Assembly: GCA_963924565.1 (NCBI GenBank)
Contig: OZ004609.1
Location: forward strand, 26,288,001 to 26,352,000
Source: Ascidiella aspersa
Lineage: Eukaryota
Reading direction: 5' to 3'
DNA length: 64,000 nucleotides
The position numbers and the translations under genes are program-made. Positions within the stretch are counted from its first letter, which is position 1, and each line of letters begins with the position of its first letter. Positions 49,701-60,566 of the stretch are shown piece by piece. Below the pieces are notes generated by a model. It did not search any database and was not told the DNA's origin. It saw only the letters and a list, made by a program, of their open reading frames with translations.

Positions 49701-52700
49701 AAATTCCGATTCGCTTTCCCGCTGTTTGCTTACCCTCTGTTTGCGCTTCGTTTCCAAGTCTGCCTCCCTTCACAACGGCACTGTCACTTTCTGCAGAGAT
49801 AGCGGCGACGGCGATAAGACCTTTAGGAATTCGCCGGCATTCCGCAGCCCAAAGCAGCTACCCCCACCCGCCGCACAAAACCCGGCTGATTAAATTAGTC
49901 GGGCCGAATAAACAATGGCGCCTCTACGCGAACGGCGACCCGCCCTTTGTCGTGTTTGCCACATCTGTCCGAACTGCGTGATTCGGCTGCCAGTCGGACA
50001 GAGTGGATTGGGCGTGTGATGGATGGCCGGGCGTGTGTGCCTTTACAAGTAAATCTATCGTCGCCGTATGTCGCCCTGCCCGGAATACCTTCACAAAGTG
50101 TACACTGCAAAAAACAAGTGTCGCCGCGTCTATGCCATATGTCGCCTTCGCCCGAAATACCTCTGGCATGCACCGATTTAGTATCCAAACGCGACTATCT
50201 CTCCTTTCCAATTTAAGCGCGTCCAAAATTGGCTTATTAAGCTAAACCCTTTCAGTTTTGACGGCCTCCGCTTTTAAACAACAAAGCGAAAACGCTTAAA
50301 ATCGATTTGCCCAGCGCCCTTCTAAATTTACCCCTTCGTGACGTGTCGAACGGCACCTGCGATTTTTAGCCCCTCTTTCCTGTTTTAAATTTTGTGACAG
50401 GAAATCGCCGCGCGCGCTTTTAGATCAATTTTAAACCGTGCGCTTTGCTACAAAAGCGCTAGATTTGCGTGAGGGCATCTTCAGTTGAAGTTAGCCGCAA
50501 CTGGGCACTGTAAACCACCCTAAGTTATTTTCGACGAAGATTTTGTTTTACCTTTTCACAGATTGGTATTACTCGCGTAGTCAGTTTTTTTAAGTCATTG
50601 AGAGAAATGTTTTGCCATAGGATAAAGAGTTTAGAGTTTTACCTTTTGTCGGAAATTTAATTCTGTACTTCAATTCTATAAGTCAGTAATCGATTTCTTT
50701 TTTGTTTTTGTCCAATTTTGTTATCGTAACGTTTTCCAGCAACAATACGCGAAATGCGACTGTCTGCTGTCTGACGCAAAGCACCTCGCCGAGCTGGGAT
50801 ATATCAGTCAAGTCGAGCTGACTCAACGCGCCAAACTGGCAGAAGAAGAAATCAACAAGGTCGTCAACGAAATGGAAAGCAAGCGCCAAGAGGTGGAAGC
50901 AGCCTCGCAAATGCTCAAGTTCATCGACCAGGTGAGTTTGTTTAGTGTAATGTGGCGTTGTGTCAGCAAAGTTTTCTTTTGTTGTTGCTCTGTTGATCGA
51001 CGCGTAAACGAACACGAAACGTGATGTCTGCTGCGGGTATGCGCCTAATACAGTGGTTTCCAACCTTCTTGTTCTCGCGACCCCTTTTAGGTTTTCGACA
51101 ACTTGCGCGACCCCCCAATTATAGTGATTGATACATATTAAAAAACACATTTAGGGAAAAAATCTAGACGGATTGCAACGAAATTTGGCTATAATGTTCG
51201 GATTTAATTAGCACAACAAGCTAAAGTTACGGTTTGAGAACCACTGGCTTATAGAACAAAAAAAGTCGCTCCCGTGTTGAAGGCACCAGCAAAGGTCTTG
51301 CGTTTCTTTAGTAAGTTGTTGCGTTGGAACCTGGGGTAAATAGAAAAAAATCTCCCTATTGTGTAGTTAATACGTAGCGTTTTTAAGTTTACATAACTTA
51401 CGCGTTTAAAGCAAAATCGCCTTCTTAATTAATTTGTGACGCCAACTGCTATTTTCGTTTTCGAAAGTAACCAGCCCAAATAGAAACTTTAAACAAATGT
51501 TATATCGTTGTACAATTACATCTGACGTAAGCCAATGTTTATCGTTTAATTTTCGCGTCCGCTATGCGTTGCATGTTCATAGAGGGCCACTTTGGGCGTT
51601 ATGCTACTCAGCCCAAAGCCAGTAACTATGTTTTCACCAAACAGGAAACGCGATACAGTTGAACATATACTCGCCCTGGCTTACTGTAAACAGTCCCCGA
51701 AAGACGCGACCCTTGTCTTAAAGGACCCGTAAATAGTCGCTGTTCGTTGGCGTAATCCCCGTGTTCGCATCAAATTAGAAAATCTGTAATCAGGGTGTTT
51801 AGCAGCGACGCTTGCGCTAATCGCGGCGCTGCAACTTTTGAGTTTACACGTTTTTAGGGTCGCCCTTTCGTAAACAACCTTGTCCCGGTCCCGGTGCATT
51901 TCCGGACCTCTAAATGCCGGAGACGTGTTAACGGTCGTGCACGCAGCTAAGTATCATTAACATGGCGCCGTGGATAATTACAAAGCGCCACGCCACCAGC
52001 CACTACCGGCGACCCACGAAAATTTCACAGCAGTTGCTAAACTATTCGCAACCTTCGCCAACAGGCTTGTTTGTCAGACCAGTTCAAAGCAAACGGCCTG
52101 TTTTGCAATTTGCGGCTTGTTAACTGGCCAAAGAGTGAAAATGCTCAACGATGTTAATAAAATAAGTTTTGGTGCTTTCAGCAAGCCCGAAGAGTTGCCA
52201 GGTGTTTTGGAGCAAATATATAGCGGCCGCAGTACGCGGTTAGTCCGAGGAGCTCAACTGTTCATTATTGTGCAATAATAATCGCGCTCTCCTTTCGTTT
52301 CGAATGCCTGTCATCCAAGAACGGACGGAAAACAATGGCGGGCGGCGAACATCTGTAAAGGGCCGAGCGATTTAATAACAAGCTGGTAGCCCGTAATTCG
52401 ACGCCAGAATTTGGCCCCGGGGCGTCGCCTGCTCGAAATTATCGTTATGACGGAATATTGTGCGATGATCACACACGCCTCTTTTTGGCGGCTACGTGCG
52501 TTCTGACAGACTCGACTGCAAGCCGCTACAGTGTCTCGCGCGGCATCTGGCGATGGACAATATCGTGCACGTTTTACGCTGGATGGCGGTGCGGAGAACG
52601 GCAATGACCGCATTGCGATTTAAACTGCGAATGTATAGTATTCAACGCCTCGGTTTAATTTTTACAACTGTCTCTTGACTAATATAGCTTAGAGGTGCTG

Positions 52701-55700
52701 TTCTATATTCCTAAAGAATCTTTTTTATATGTACAAAGAAAGTTTTCTCATGAGTATGTTTGCTGCCTTCAGGCTTATTCCTGGGCTTTGGACGGGATGA
52801 AGTTCGTGGCCATGTTGAACATGGAATCGTGTGTGACCACGGAAGCGTGCGACAAGATGCTCGCCGAGTTCGACGAATACATGCAAAATCACCCATCGAT
52901 ACCCACAGTGAGTTTTTGACAATTTTTTTAACCGTACAGCAATCAACGTCCTTTTGTATACTGATACTGATTCTTATTTTTTTTGTATACTTATTTCTTA
53001 TATTCAGGTAGATTTATCAGCAGAATAGTCTGGCAAAGCTAGTAATTCAGATTCGACACTATTTATAGATGTTAAACGATATTGCCGGCAAAGGCATCGT
53101 CAGTATATCTTAATTCGTATGATCATACTGACCCCAAAATGCAAATGGTCTTTCATTTTTTACTTAATACATTATCCAATCGATTTGACGGATAGTCAAG
53201 CATCATGACCCGGATTTTAACTCGCTCTAAAATCCTTGCAGTGTCGCTTCAACGAGATGCTGGAGATGTCGCGTCGCTATGGCAACCTGAAGTGCCTGCG
53301 CCAGTGCGAGTTCGCGCAGCTCAAGTGCGTCGAGACCGCCGACCTCTTTACCAAGCGCCGCGACCTGATCGCCAAGGCCCGGGCCCAGATCAAAACCGGC
53401 AACAGCAAAGTGAAACGCTCTTCGACCTCGTTTCGAATGAAGAACCGCGAAAAACTGGACAAGGCCGCCAAGGCGAAACTGAACGAGAGCAGCTCGCGCG
53501 CTCAGTCGCCATGCGGTTCGGTCGACGGGCGGAGAACTAGCGTGCAGTCCACCACGGCCGACGACAAGATATCGAACGACGCCATGTCGTCGATTTCGCA
53601 GGAATCCTTTTCGACCGAGGACACTTTCTCGATGGAAAACCCCGACAGCGGCTCGCCAATGCCCGAGGAAAGCAGCGACAGTCTTGGTGAGCTGACCAGC
53701 CCAGCAGCAGCCAATGGCCGGACCAAGCCGGTGCGCAAGATGCTCAAGAAGTCGGCCAGCATGCCCGGGCACCAGATGCAGAAGGTAGTGCTGGCGCACT
53801 CGCAGTCAGGCATAACGATCGGCTCGCCGGTTCAAGTGCACGAGAACATCCCCGAAGGCAAATCGTAAGTATTTCCTATTTCGTTTGACAGCAGAATACT
53901 CTAGCAAATCTAGCAATTCAAGTCAGACACTATTAAAATATCCAAAAATATTATATGTATTAATATGTATATATTTCGGAAGCAAAGGCATTATCATTAA
54001 ATAGAATCTTTCTAAGTGTTTTTTTTGCTATACATTTGTTTTGCTCCCGAATTTTCGAGTATTTCTGTGTGTGACCATTCTTATACGATTTTGAATATAA
54101 TACTTTCTCCTTAAGCAAACCTGAAAATTCATCAAAGGTCGACATAACATTAAGCGCCCTTGCTGCTCATATGTTTTCACTTCATTGTTACTATAACATC
54201 TTGTGTTGTGCAGAAAATCTTCACTCATCATTGAAGAGCTGATATCCACCGAAAGGGAATACGTCAAGTCGCTGAACTACGTAATAGAGGTGAGACTGCT
54301 TCCCGGCCTGTCGTAACTTTTCTGTGGATTTGCCGAGTTACTATCCTCCATATTTTTCCCGTGATTAGAATTACTTTCCCGAAATGTGCCGACTCGACAT
54401 CCCTCAAACTCTGAGATGCAAACGAAACATCATCTTCGGCAACATTGAGAAAATCGCCGAGTTTCACTCTCAGCATTTTCTCAGCGACTTGGAGGCCTGC
54501 GACGGTAACGCTCTGCTCGTTGCAAAGACTTTCCAAAAACACGTAAGCGCACAAGTCGGATTTGCCAATTGTGGTAATCTGAACTTTAAGTAAAACTTCG
54601 CCGGTGACACAAGTGCGTTGCAAAACTTCCGCATATATAATATATCAGTTTATTAAATCTTTATCGGCTGTCCGCAATAGAAGTAAATCAAAATTTGTGT
54701 AGTGTTAAATGTAAACCCTGTGCCTTAGTAAAGTTTACAACCATTATTTTTCTGAAAGTATTACTATTGTGTTTCGTGAATCATTTCCACCCTGTTTTTG
54801 TTGTTTGCACTTTTTTTATACAACATATTGTAAATTAAGCTATAGAGCTTCAAGGCGATCATTATTTGTTCTATTTTAACGTAGAACATGCTATAGTTGG
54901 ACACCGTCCTTTCTGAAAATAAAAACCTAATTCGATTAGGTATTAATCATTACCCCCGTATTACTTGCGACACACAGAAAGAGAACTTCAGCCTGTACGC
55001 GCTCTACAGCAAGAACAAGCCGCAGTCCGACCAGCTTCTTCAAGAACACGGCAACGAGTTCTTCAGAGCCAAGCAGCTGGAGCTCGGTGACAAAATGGAC
55101 CTCGCCTCGTATCTTCTCAAACCCGTGCAGAGAATGGGTAAGAATCAAAAAGAGATTCTTTTTAATCTTTATTAAGCTCATGTAGTGTAGCTATTTTTGT
55201 CAGGCTTAATATCAATTAAAACAGCTCTTCTGGTTGTTCTATTATTGTTCCTGTTTTAACCCCTACACATGTTGTCTTTATCGCGGTTACTGACACTGCA
55301 TAAACACTGCAATAGCCAGATGACCTGTTTAGATTGGCATTTTTTATCGTGTCTGTACAGAGCTATGTATATATAAGATTTCGAATGGTTGGTTTTCGAC
55401 GTCTTGAGGTTATTTAAAAGTTCTACTATTTGCAGGCAAATACGCACTGCTGCTTCACGCCATGGCGAAAAGGATGACCGGCAACGAGGAAAGATGCCTG
55501 AAGGAGGCAGACGAAATGGTCAAGTTTCAACTGAGACACGGCAATGATCTGCTCACCATGGACTCCATAAGGGAGTGCGACGTAAACCTGAAAGAGCAGG
55601 GAAATCTTCTTCGACAGGTTTGCCTATTTTCTCTATGTTTTTAGAATAAACTTATCGATAGGTTTGCTTTTTGCGCTATATTTCTATTCAAATGACCGGC

Positions 55701-58057
55701 GATTAATGAAATACCAATTCAAATTTTGTTTTAACTTTATGTAATCCTTCTGTATTTGTTTAACTTAACAGGAACAGTTTGTGATATACACTGGGCGGCG
55801 AAAAATCATTCGGCGCGTTTTCCTTTTCGAAGAGCTGATCCTGTTCAGCAAGCCAATCCATGTGCACGGTGGCCACGACACTTACCAGTACAAGTGCAGC
55901 TACAAGGTACGTTGGGTCGCTGTCTGTTTTTTGTTTAAGCGCCAAAACTTAGACCATATTATAAATAGACGGACAGGTCAAATGCACACACGCTTACAGT
56001 TAAAAAATGTCGCGTTATCATTAACTTAACATGTTTTTCAGACCGCCGAAATCGGAATGACCGAGAATATCGGCGACTCCGGCTTCAAGTTTGAGATCTG
56101 GTTTCGCCGAAGACGCTCCCAAATGACGGGCGACAAGTTCGTCCTCCAGAGCGCCACCCGCGCCATCAAGCGAACCTGGGTCGACGAGATACGCGGCCTG
56201 CTGTGGAAGCAAGCGCTCCGTAACAAAGGTAAACACTTGATAGCGATATAGAATTGATTTTTTTCGTGTTTGTTGAAGTAGAATTTCGTGTGGCAAACTT
56301 TCGTCATTTCTTTGTTTTTGCAACTCGGTGAAATTACGTCAATTTTTGTATCGCTCGTCGGGCTGTATTTAGTAGTTTTTTGTTGTTGAAATAGAAGCAC
56401 AAAACATTTTGGTCTGCAAAAAGAATGATGGTTAGCCAAATGTAGTTTTGGTCATACTCATAGTACTTCATTTAAAAAAAAATATTATATATATATCACG
56501 CACTTTAATTTTGCCGATCAACTAAATGTTTTGCCGGGTATGATGGATCACGTAACTTTTTATGTGATGGTGTTAAAGACGTAGTGTTTGGCCAATATTA
56601 AATTGGCCACAGGTTGTTTATCGCGAAAGAAACACAATTTTAAAAACGTACTTTTTTCAACAGATCACCGCAAAGTGGAGATGTCGAGCATGGGCATCGG
56701 CAGCAAGCCGCACCTCGACCTGGTCGACTCGAGCGAGAACACAATCTTCAACCGCTCGGTCGAGACCGTTTCGCCCAACGACAAGTTGCTTGCCGGACGA
56801 CTGATCAAGTCGAGAACGCGCGCCTCCATCGCTGTCTCCTCTTTCGACCACGTTGGCCTTAACAGCAAGCGTCCGCACTCTATCATCTCAACGTCGTCGT
56901 CTACTTCGTCTGTTGGCTCCGCCGGCAGTCAGGTCGTGTCGTCTTTGACCTTGGCCGCCTGGCCGAACCGCGAGGGCACGCGCGCCCACCTCAACACGCC
57001 GCCGATGGCCTACTGCGATTTTCACGCGATCGCCGAAGACCAGGAAAGCAATGGTACGTTTTTGTGGCGCGTCGCATTTTACCGAGCCATTTTTGAGCAT
57101 TGATTGGAATACATCTTGACAATAAGTTTAATCTGCGCTAGTTAACTCCATTGGTTGGTCTGAAAACGTTCGCGATTGTATTGCTTTTAAAGGAACTACC
57201 TTTTACATCGAGGCTTAGGTTAAAGTTTTAATCAAATATTATTAGAAGTTAACGAAGCCTTAAGCTATTTAAATAATTGTGCTAGTTTTTGACTGATAAT
57301 AACAAGTCCGATGTATGATTTTTACAGAAAGTACCGGCGAAGACCAGTCTTCTGAATCCCCCACAGAGAACGGTACCGAAGAAATAAAAGACACGGCGAC
57401 ACACCAATACGTTACCACGGTAGGTTTCCCTTAAATAAATGACCCTAGTGTAGAAAGGTGTATAGTTGGATTACCGGGGTAGTTTTAGGGTGGCTTTCTA
57501 TCATCGTAACAGATAAAATGTAGTTAAATATTCATGTGCCATTATGCATAATATTTACTATTATCATTGGACACGCGTCTCGTGTATAGCCCGATCTTAT
57601 GGCAACATTTTTTCAAGTGATGTACACTCATTACTCTTGTCGTTTGTGTATTACTTTTATTCAAAAGAATAACAATATTTGGAATAAAAGCACATGCAAG
57701 CATTCGGTTGAATGTGGTAACAGGCATCCGTTTTGTGTGTTGCATGTGCGTTAATGTTGTTACGTCACCCTAATACCATTCGTTCATTGCATGACAGCAT
57801 TCACCCATCAACTTATGATAACCAATGGAATGCTGGACTAACGCGGCGGCCGCAACATAGACTAGTAAGTTTGTGCGTTTGCTGTGTATTAGGTTAGCAT
57901 GTAGTTTGGAAAGTGGTTATGGAAACTGCATTAACAATTAATGTATCCTATATTGTGCAATACACAAGTTGCTACGTTTGACAGAAATCTAATAAGAGGT
58001 TGTCCAAAAGTTTATTTCACTTGTTTTAACTAAATATATTTTTGTGTGCAGGTATGA
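19777..58057 (+). CDS. PLEKHG4: Puratrophin-1-like RhoGEF (PLEKHG4/PLEKHG4B/ARHGEF40 family; SEC14-like, spectrin, DH, PH). Exons 19777-20599, 20858-20974, 21537-21648, 21837-21930, 22091-22183, 22468-22584, 23107-23339, 24066-24204, 26257-26379, 50740-50931, 52773-52907, 53242-53864, 54214-54289, 54369-54542, 54978-55137, 55436-55617, 55772-55906, 56042-56228, 56664-57053, 57328-57419, 58052-58057
   Basis: All 20 introns are GT-AG and in phase. Motifs YIDVKHLPIQLGGPYTYSHADW (SEC14-like end), IIEELISTEREYV, IIFGNIEKI, YALYSKNKPQSD, GDKMDLASYLLKPVQRMGKYALLL, FQLRHGNDLL, RRVFLFEELILFSK, GMTENIGDSGFKFEIWFRRR, SMGIGSKP. AATAAA near 58266. Confidence 0.88.
22706..22819. mobile_element. Short MITE
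   Basis: atagggtaatcaggtggca / tgccacctggttatcctat inverted termini. Confidence 0.6.
25839..26234. mobile_element. hAT MITE (TIR TAGAGAT[C/A]GACCGATAT), 8-bp TSD
   Basis: TIRs plus CCGATA subterminal repeats. TSD ttaataat at 25831-25838 and 26235-26242. Second copy at ~61439-61685. Confidence 0.9.
28235..28327 (+). pseudogene. RNU1: 3'-truncated, retroposed U1 snRNA copy
   Basis: ATACTTACCTG 5' end, loop I GATCACG, loop II ATTGCAC; ends after stem II with an A7 tail. Flanked by a 15-bp TSD tcagacag[g/c]ttagct (28219-28233, 28328-28342). No Sm site. Confidence 0.92.
28594..28848 (+). CDS. Candidate alternative terminal exon of the RhoGEF gene
   Basis: Strong acceptor ttttgttttctcttttcgtgtttcag, phase 0 like donor 26379, 84 codons to TGA, AATAAA at 29315. 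Confidence 0.45.
   Translation, partial: FTTAESDCDTSHDNIYMNARLAIPTIFLLPSQTATCPEENGFWREVSRGLGGGRETMHQSGPAVDEILMRVAHSSVADAANGKH
33964..34425. repeat. Long imperfect palindrome (~220-bp arms), probable inverted Penelope-like pLTR pair
   Basis: 33964-34186 is the reverse complement of 34203-34425 with scattered mismatches. Confidence 0.85.
34203..34245 (+). ncRNA. Minimal type I hammerhead ribozyme motif (Penelope-type)
   Basis: cattaa-CTGAAGA-T-GATAC aagttc GTATC-GAAA-CG-TC^-ctaat. The opposite-arm copy has stem I intact but CT>AA in the core. Confidence 0.6.
36212..36787. mobile_element. hAT (Charlie-like) MITE
   Basis: caggggtcagcaacc 5' end; gcgggccggat...ggccgtaggttgccgac 3' end. Confidence 0.65.
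39141..39457. mobile_element. hAT MITE
   Basis: cactggttctgaacc / gattgagaatcactg. Imperfect 8-bp TSD gcctatgc / ccctatcc. Confidence 0.65.
45262..46302 (+). CDS. Candidate alternative first coding exons (45262-45383, 45975-46302) of an internally initiated RhoGEF isoform
   Basis: ATG + 40 codons + CG|gtgagc; ttgttag|A + 109 codons|gtaagc. Phases 2 then 0 join in frame to exon 50740. Confidence 0.5.
51051..51246. mobile_element. hAT MITE
   Basis: cagtggtttccaacc / gtttgagaaccactg. gcgacccc subterminal repeats. Confidence 0.7.
57798..57864 (+). CDS. Candidate cassette exon giving alternative C-terminus HSPINL*
   Basis: tgcatgacag| acceptor, |gtaagt donor, phase 0. Flanking (T)GCATG motifs. 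Confidence 0.45.
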
Positions 58058-58460
58058 AAAACCCCGCATTCATCTGTACTTTTTCCCATGTTCCTGATGG
58101 TACTACAAGAGCTGGGGCGCTTCTTACTTAAGATTTTTTTGCTTTTCCTTAATAATTATATCTTTATTTTACTGTGTTTTTTATTGCCTTCCTTGCACAC
58201 CTTCATTCGTACTGCCATGCATGATGCAAGCATTGCTTTACCATAAAGCTATGAATAAGCTTATAAATAAATAAAATTAAAATAATACTCGGCTAGTATG
58301 TTCTTTAGAAGAGGAGTAAACTTCTAAGCTTTTAGGTGAAATAAACTTCAAAAAATAAAAAATTTTATTAAATAAGAAGGTGCACAGCCACAGTGGTATG
58401 TTGATTTCCTACAGCAAACAATGAATAAGGTAAGAGTCGTAAGTCATTTTCTGAAGACTT

Positions 58461-58918
58461 TCAAGTTGTTTTGAAAGTTCTCTTTTGTACTTCAGCTTCA
58501 TTTCGAATCACTTCAAATGTTTTCTGACTTCTAACAGTGATAGTTTTCTCATCAAAAAAAGAGCATTTGTCTATTTTAGACTTTGGGCTGCCAACATTTT
58601 GAAGCCATTGTTTTCTGTAAACATAAACGTAGTTTAATAATTGATTCATACGAGGTTTAGTACAGCAATTATACAGGCACTGACACTGATTTGATGGCAT
58701 TCTCCGACCCTTCTAAACAACCCTGGACTGAATGATGTTGTGTGTTTAAAACCCATCCTGTGACACCATGTTTGTCACATGTCTTTTTTGTGTGCTGCAA
58801 AACATAGGTATATCAGTAACAAGCATTGGTGTTAAGAAAACACCTCATTCACCTTTCTGAAGAAGACCCCTTGCACTTTCCCACATACTTCAAAATGCAG
58901 TGTTTTAAAAACTGGCAT
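58461..58918 (-). CDS. ACYP: Acylphosphatase; exons 58918-58853, 58794-58685, 58614-58461
   Basis: Spliced protein MPVFKTLHFEVCGKVQGVFFRKHTKKTCDKHGVTGWVLNTQHHSVQGCLEGSENAIKSVKQWLQNVGSPKSKIDKCSF... carries both signatures, GKVQGVFFR and GWVxN. Confidence 0.93.
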
Positions 58919-59224
58919 TACATGTAATTACTCACAACAAACATGATTGAAGAAAAACAAATGTTAACATAATACACCATAATAAATACAAGTAAAACAC
59001 CTAAAAAAAATATTAAAAAAAAAAACTTAGATGAGTAACATAACAAATCAATATGTCCGCAATTCAAGTTGTACAAACAAATGAAAATTAAAAGGATTAG
59101 CTCATTGTTTTCGTAAGTCTGTATAAGCGACAGTCTATAAGATTTATTTTACCCAGTTGTTAAATAAAAATCCTACATGACAAAAATACAAGCACTTTGA
59201 TAACACTACAACAAATGCAACGTT

Positions 59225-59995
59225 CTAATCTACAAGACAAAGTATCCCAAGGCCAGAAAGTGTGCACAGAGTTGCACCAATTAGACGATAAACTGCCCAT
59301 GATGCAATGTTGTTTGCCCAAGCCTTGGCATAGATATCGCCTGGTAGGCATAAACACAACCAAAACAAAAGAGCAAACTTTTTCGCCTGCATAATACCCT
59401 TGGCTTGTGAGGCAAACATAAAAGCTGTTAATCCCAGACATATAATAAACATAGGCAAAGCTAAACCTCCCACAATCGACGTTTTGATCTGACTTGGCAA
59501 AAAGTAAAGAGCAAATTTCCTTTCAAAATCTGAAGTTGTGAGTAATAATGTTTGTGCACTAAACAACAGCGCAAAAATAAACAAAGAAAATTGTATGATT
59601 GAAGTTCGCTTAGCTCGGTTTCCTCCAACACCTGACCCAAGTAGGATATATGTTGCAGCAACTCCAACCTGGCGCAGTGTATTGTGTAATAAAACCTCTT
59701 TTTCCATGTATCCATGTATGTCATAGTGAAGCAACACCTGCAGCAAAACCTGCACTGCTGCCAGCAATGCGCAAGTGCGTCTAGTGCCTTCCTTAAATGA
59801 CATGAAAGTCCCAAGGAAAATTAATATTCCCGCATCTGCGAAGACAATGAGCTTAGGAAGACCAATTTGTTTCGCTTGTGTGCTTTCAATTTCGGCAAAT
59901 AACATCATTGTCGAAAATGCATCCCAAAATGGATAACGGACAACTGCCGACACCAATGTGCTCAAAGCAAATTGCTTTTGTTTTTTCCACTCCAT
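59225..59995 (-). CDS. TMEM101: Transmembrane protein 101; single coding exon
   Basis: 256 aa multi-TM protein. RYPFW..FS.MMLFAE, FMSF...RR..AL.AAVQ and ILLGSGVG match recalled TMEM101 motifs and length. Confidence 0.82.
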   Translation of the reverse strand: MEWKKQKQFALSTLVSAVVRYPFWDAFSTMMLFAEIESTQAKQIGLPKLIVFADAGILIFLGTFMSFKEGTRRTCALLAAVQVLLQVLLHYDIHGYMEKEVLLHNTLRQVGVAATYILLGSGVGGNRAKRTSIIQFSLFIFALLFSAQTLLLTTSDFERKFALYFLPSQIKTSIVGGLALPMFIICLGLTAFMFASQAKGIMQAKKFALLFWLCLCLPGDIYAKAWANNIASWAVYRLIGATLCTLSGLGILCLVD

Positions 59996-60566
59996 GATTT
60001 TTTGATTCTACACAAAACCTAATAAACATGTAAAAAACATAACAAGTTTACATTTAAGACTAACTTAATCGTGCCTATTGTTAATGTAAATATTTTTTAT
60101 TATGTTAGAAAAATATTGTATAGGTTTCGTTTTAGTACAATGTCACAGTAATATAAGGCTACCCTATTTACAGCTGTTCATATGGTTTCGATCGCTAGGA
60201 GACTGATCCAATAGGTAGGCTATATCAAAAGTAGTTATTCTAACTAAAAGGAAAAATTAAATACAAAAATAAGATAACTTTTATTTTGCTTTGAATAATG
60301 AGTAAGCGTGGTCATATTTATATTATTTCAAACGTGTAATTTTTTTAGTCTTGATAAACGTTAAACCAACACCTAGGCGTTGGTTAAACTATAAACAAAA
60401 AAATAGACCAAATATGTCTGCAAAATACAGTTTGTGGAGCATGAAATATTATTACTATTAAACATAGAAGTCTTATATCCCTTGTATTTCCACACGAAGA
60501 CATAAGAACGACATTTTGACGTTTAAGTATCGCCTGATTAGCGTGGTTTTCTCGTAAATTTTCATC
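59996..60566. promoter_or_regulatory. Bidirectional promoter region TMEM101 / SF3B6
   Basis: Start codons are head-to-head, ~570 bp apart, with local CpG retention in otherwise CpG-poor DNA. Confidence 0.6.

Noticed and set aside
49797-49893. Possible phase-2 terminal exon (RDSGDGDK...PAD*) for the 45-46 kb exons
   Set aside because: Needs the weaker donor gtggaa at 46152. The gtaagc donor at 46303 joining exon 50740 is more parsimonious.
26900-50700. Dozens of 60-150-aa ORFs in the large intron as a nested protein-coding gene
   Set aside because: Mostly TTG/GTG starts, overlapping on both strands, no recognisable domains; expected in GC-rich non-coding DNA. Only those with in-phase splice signals were kept.
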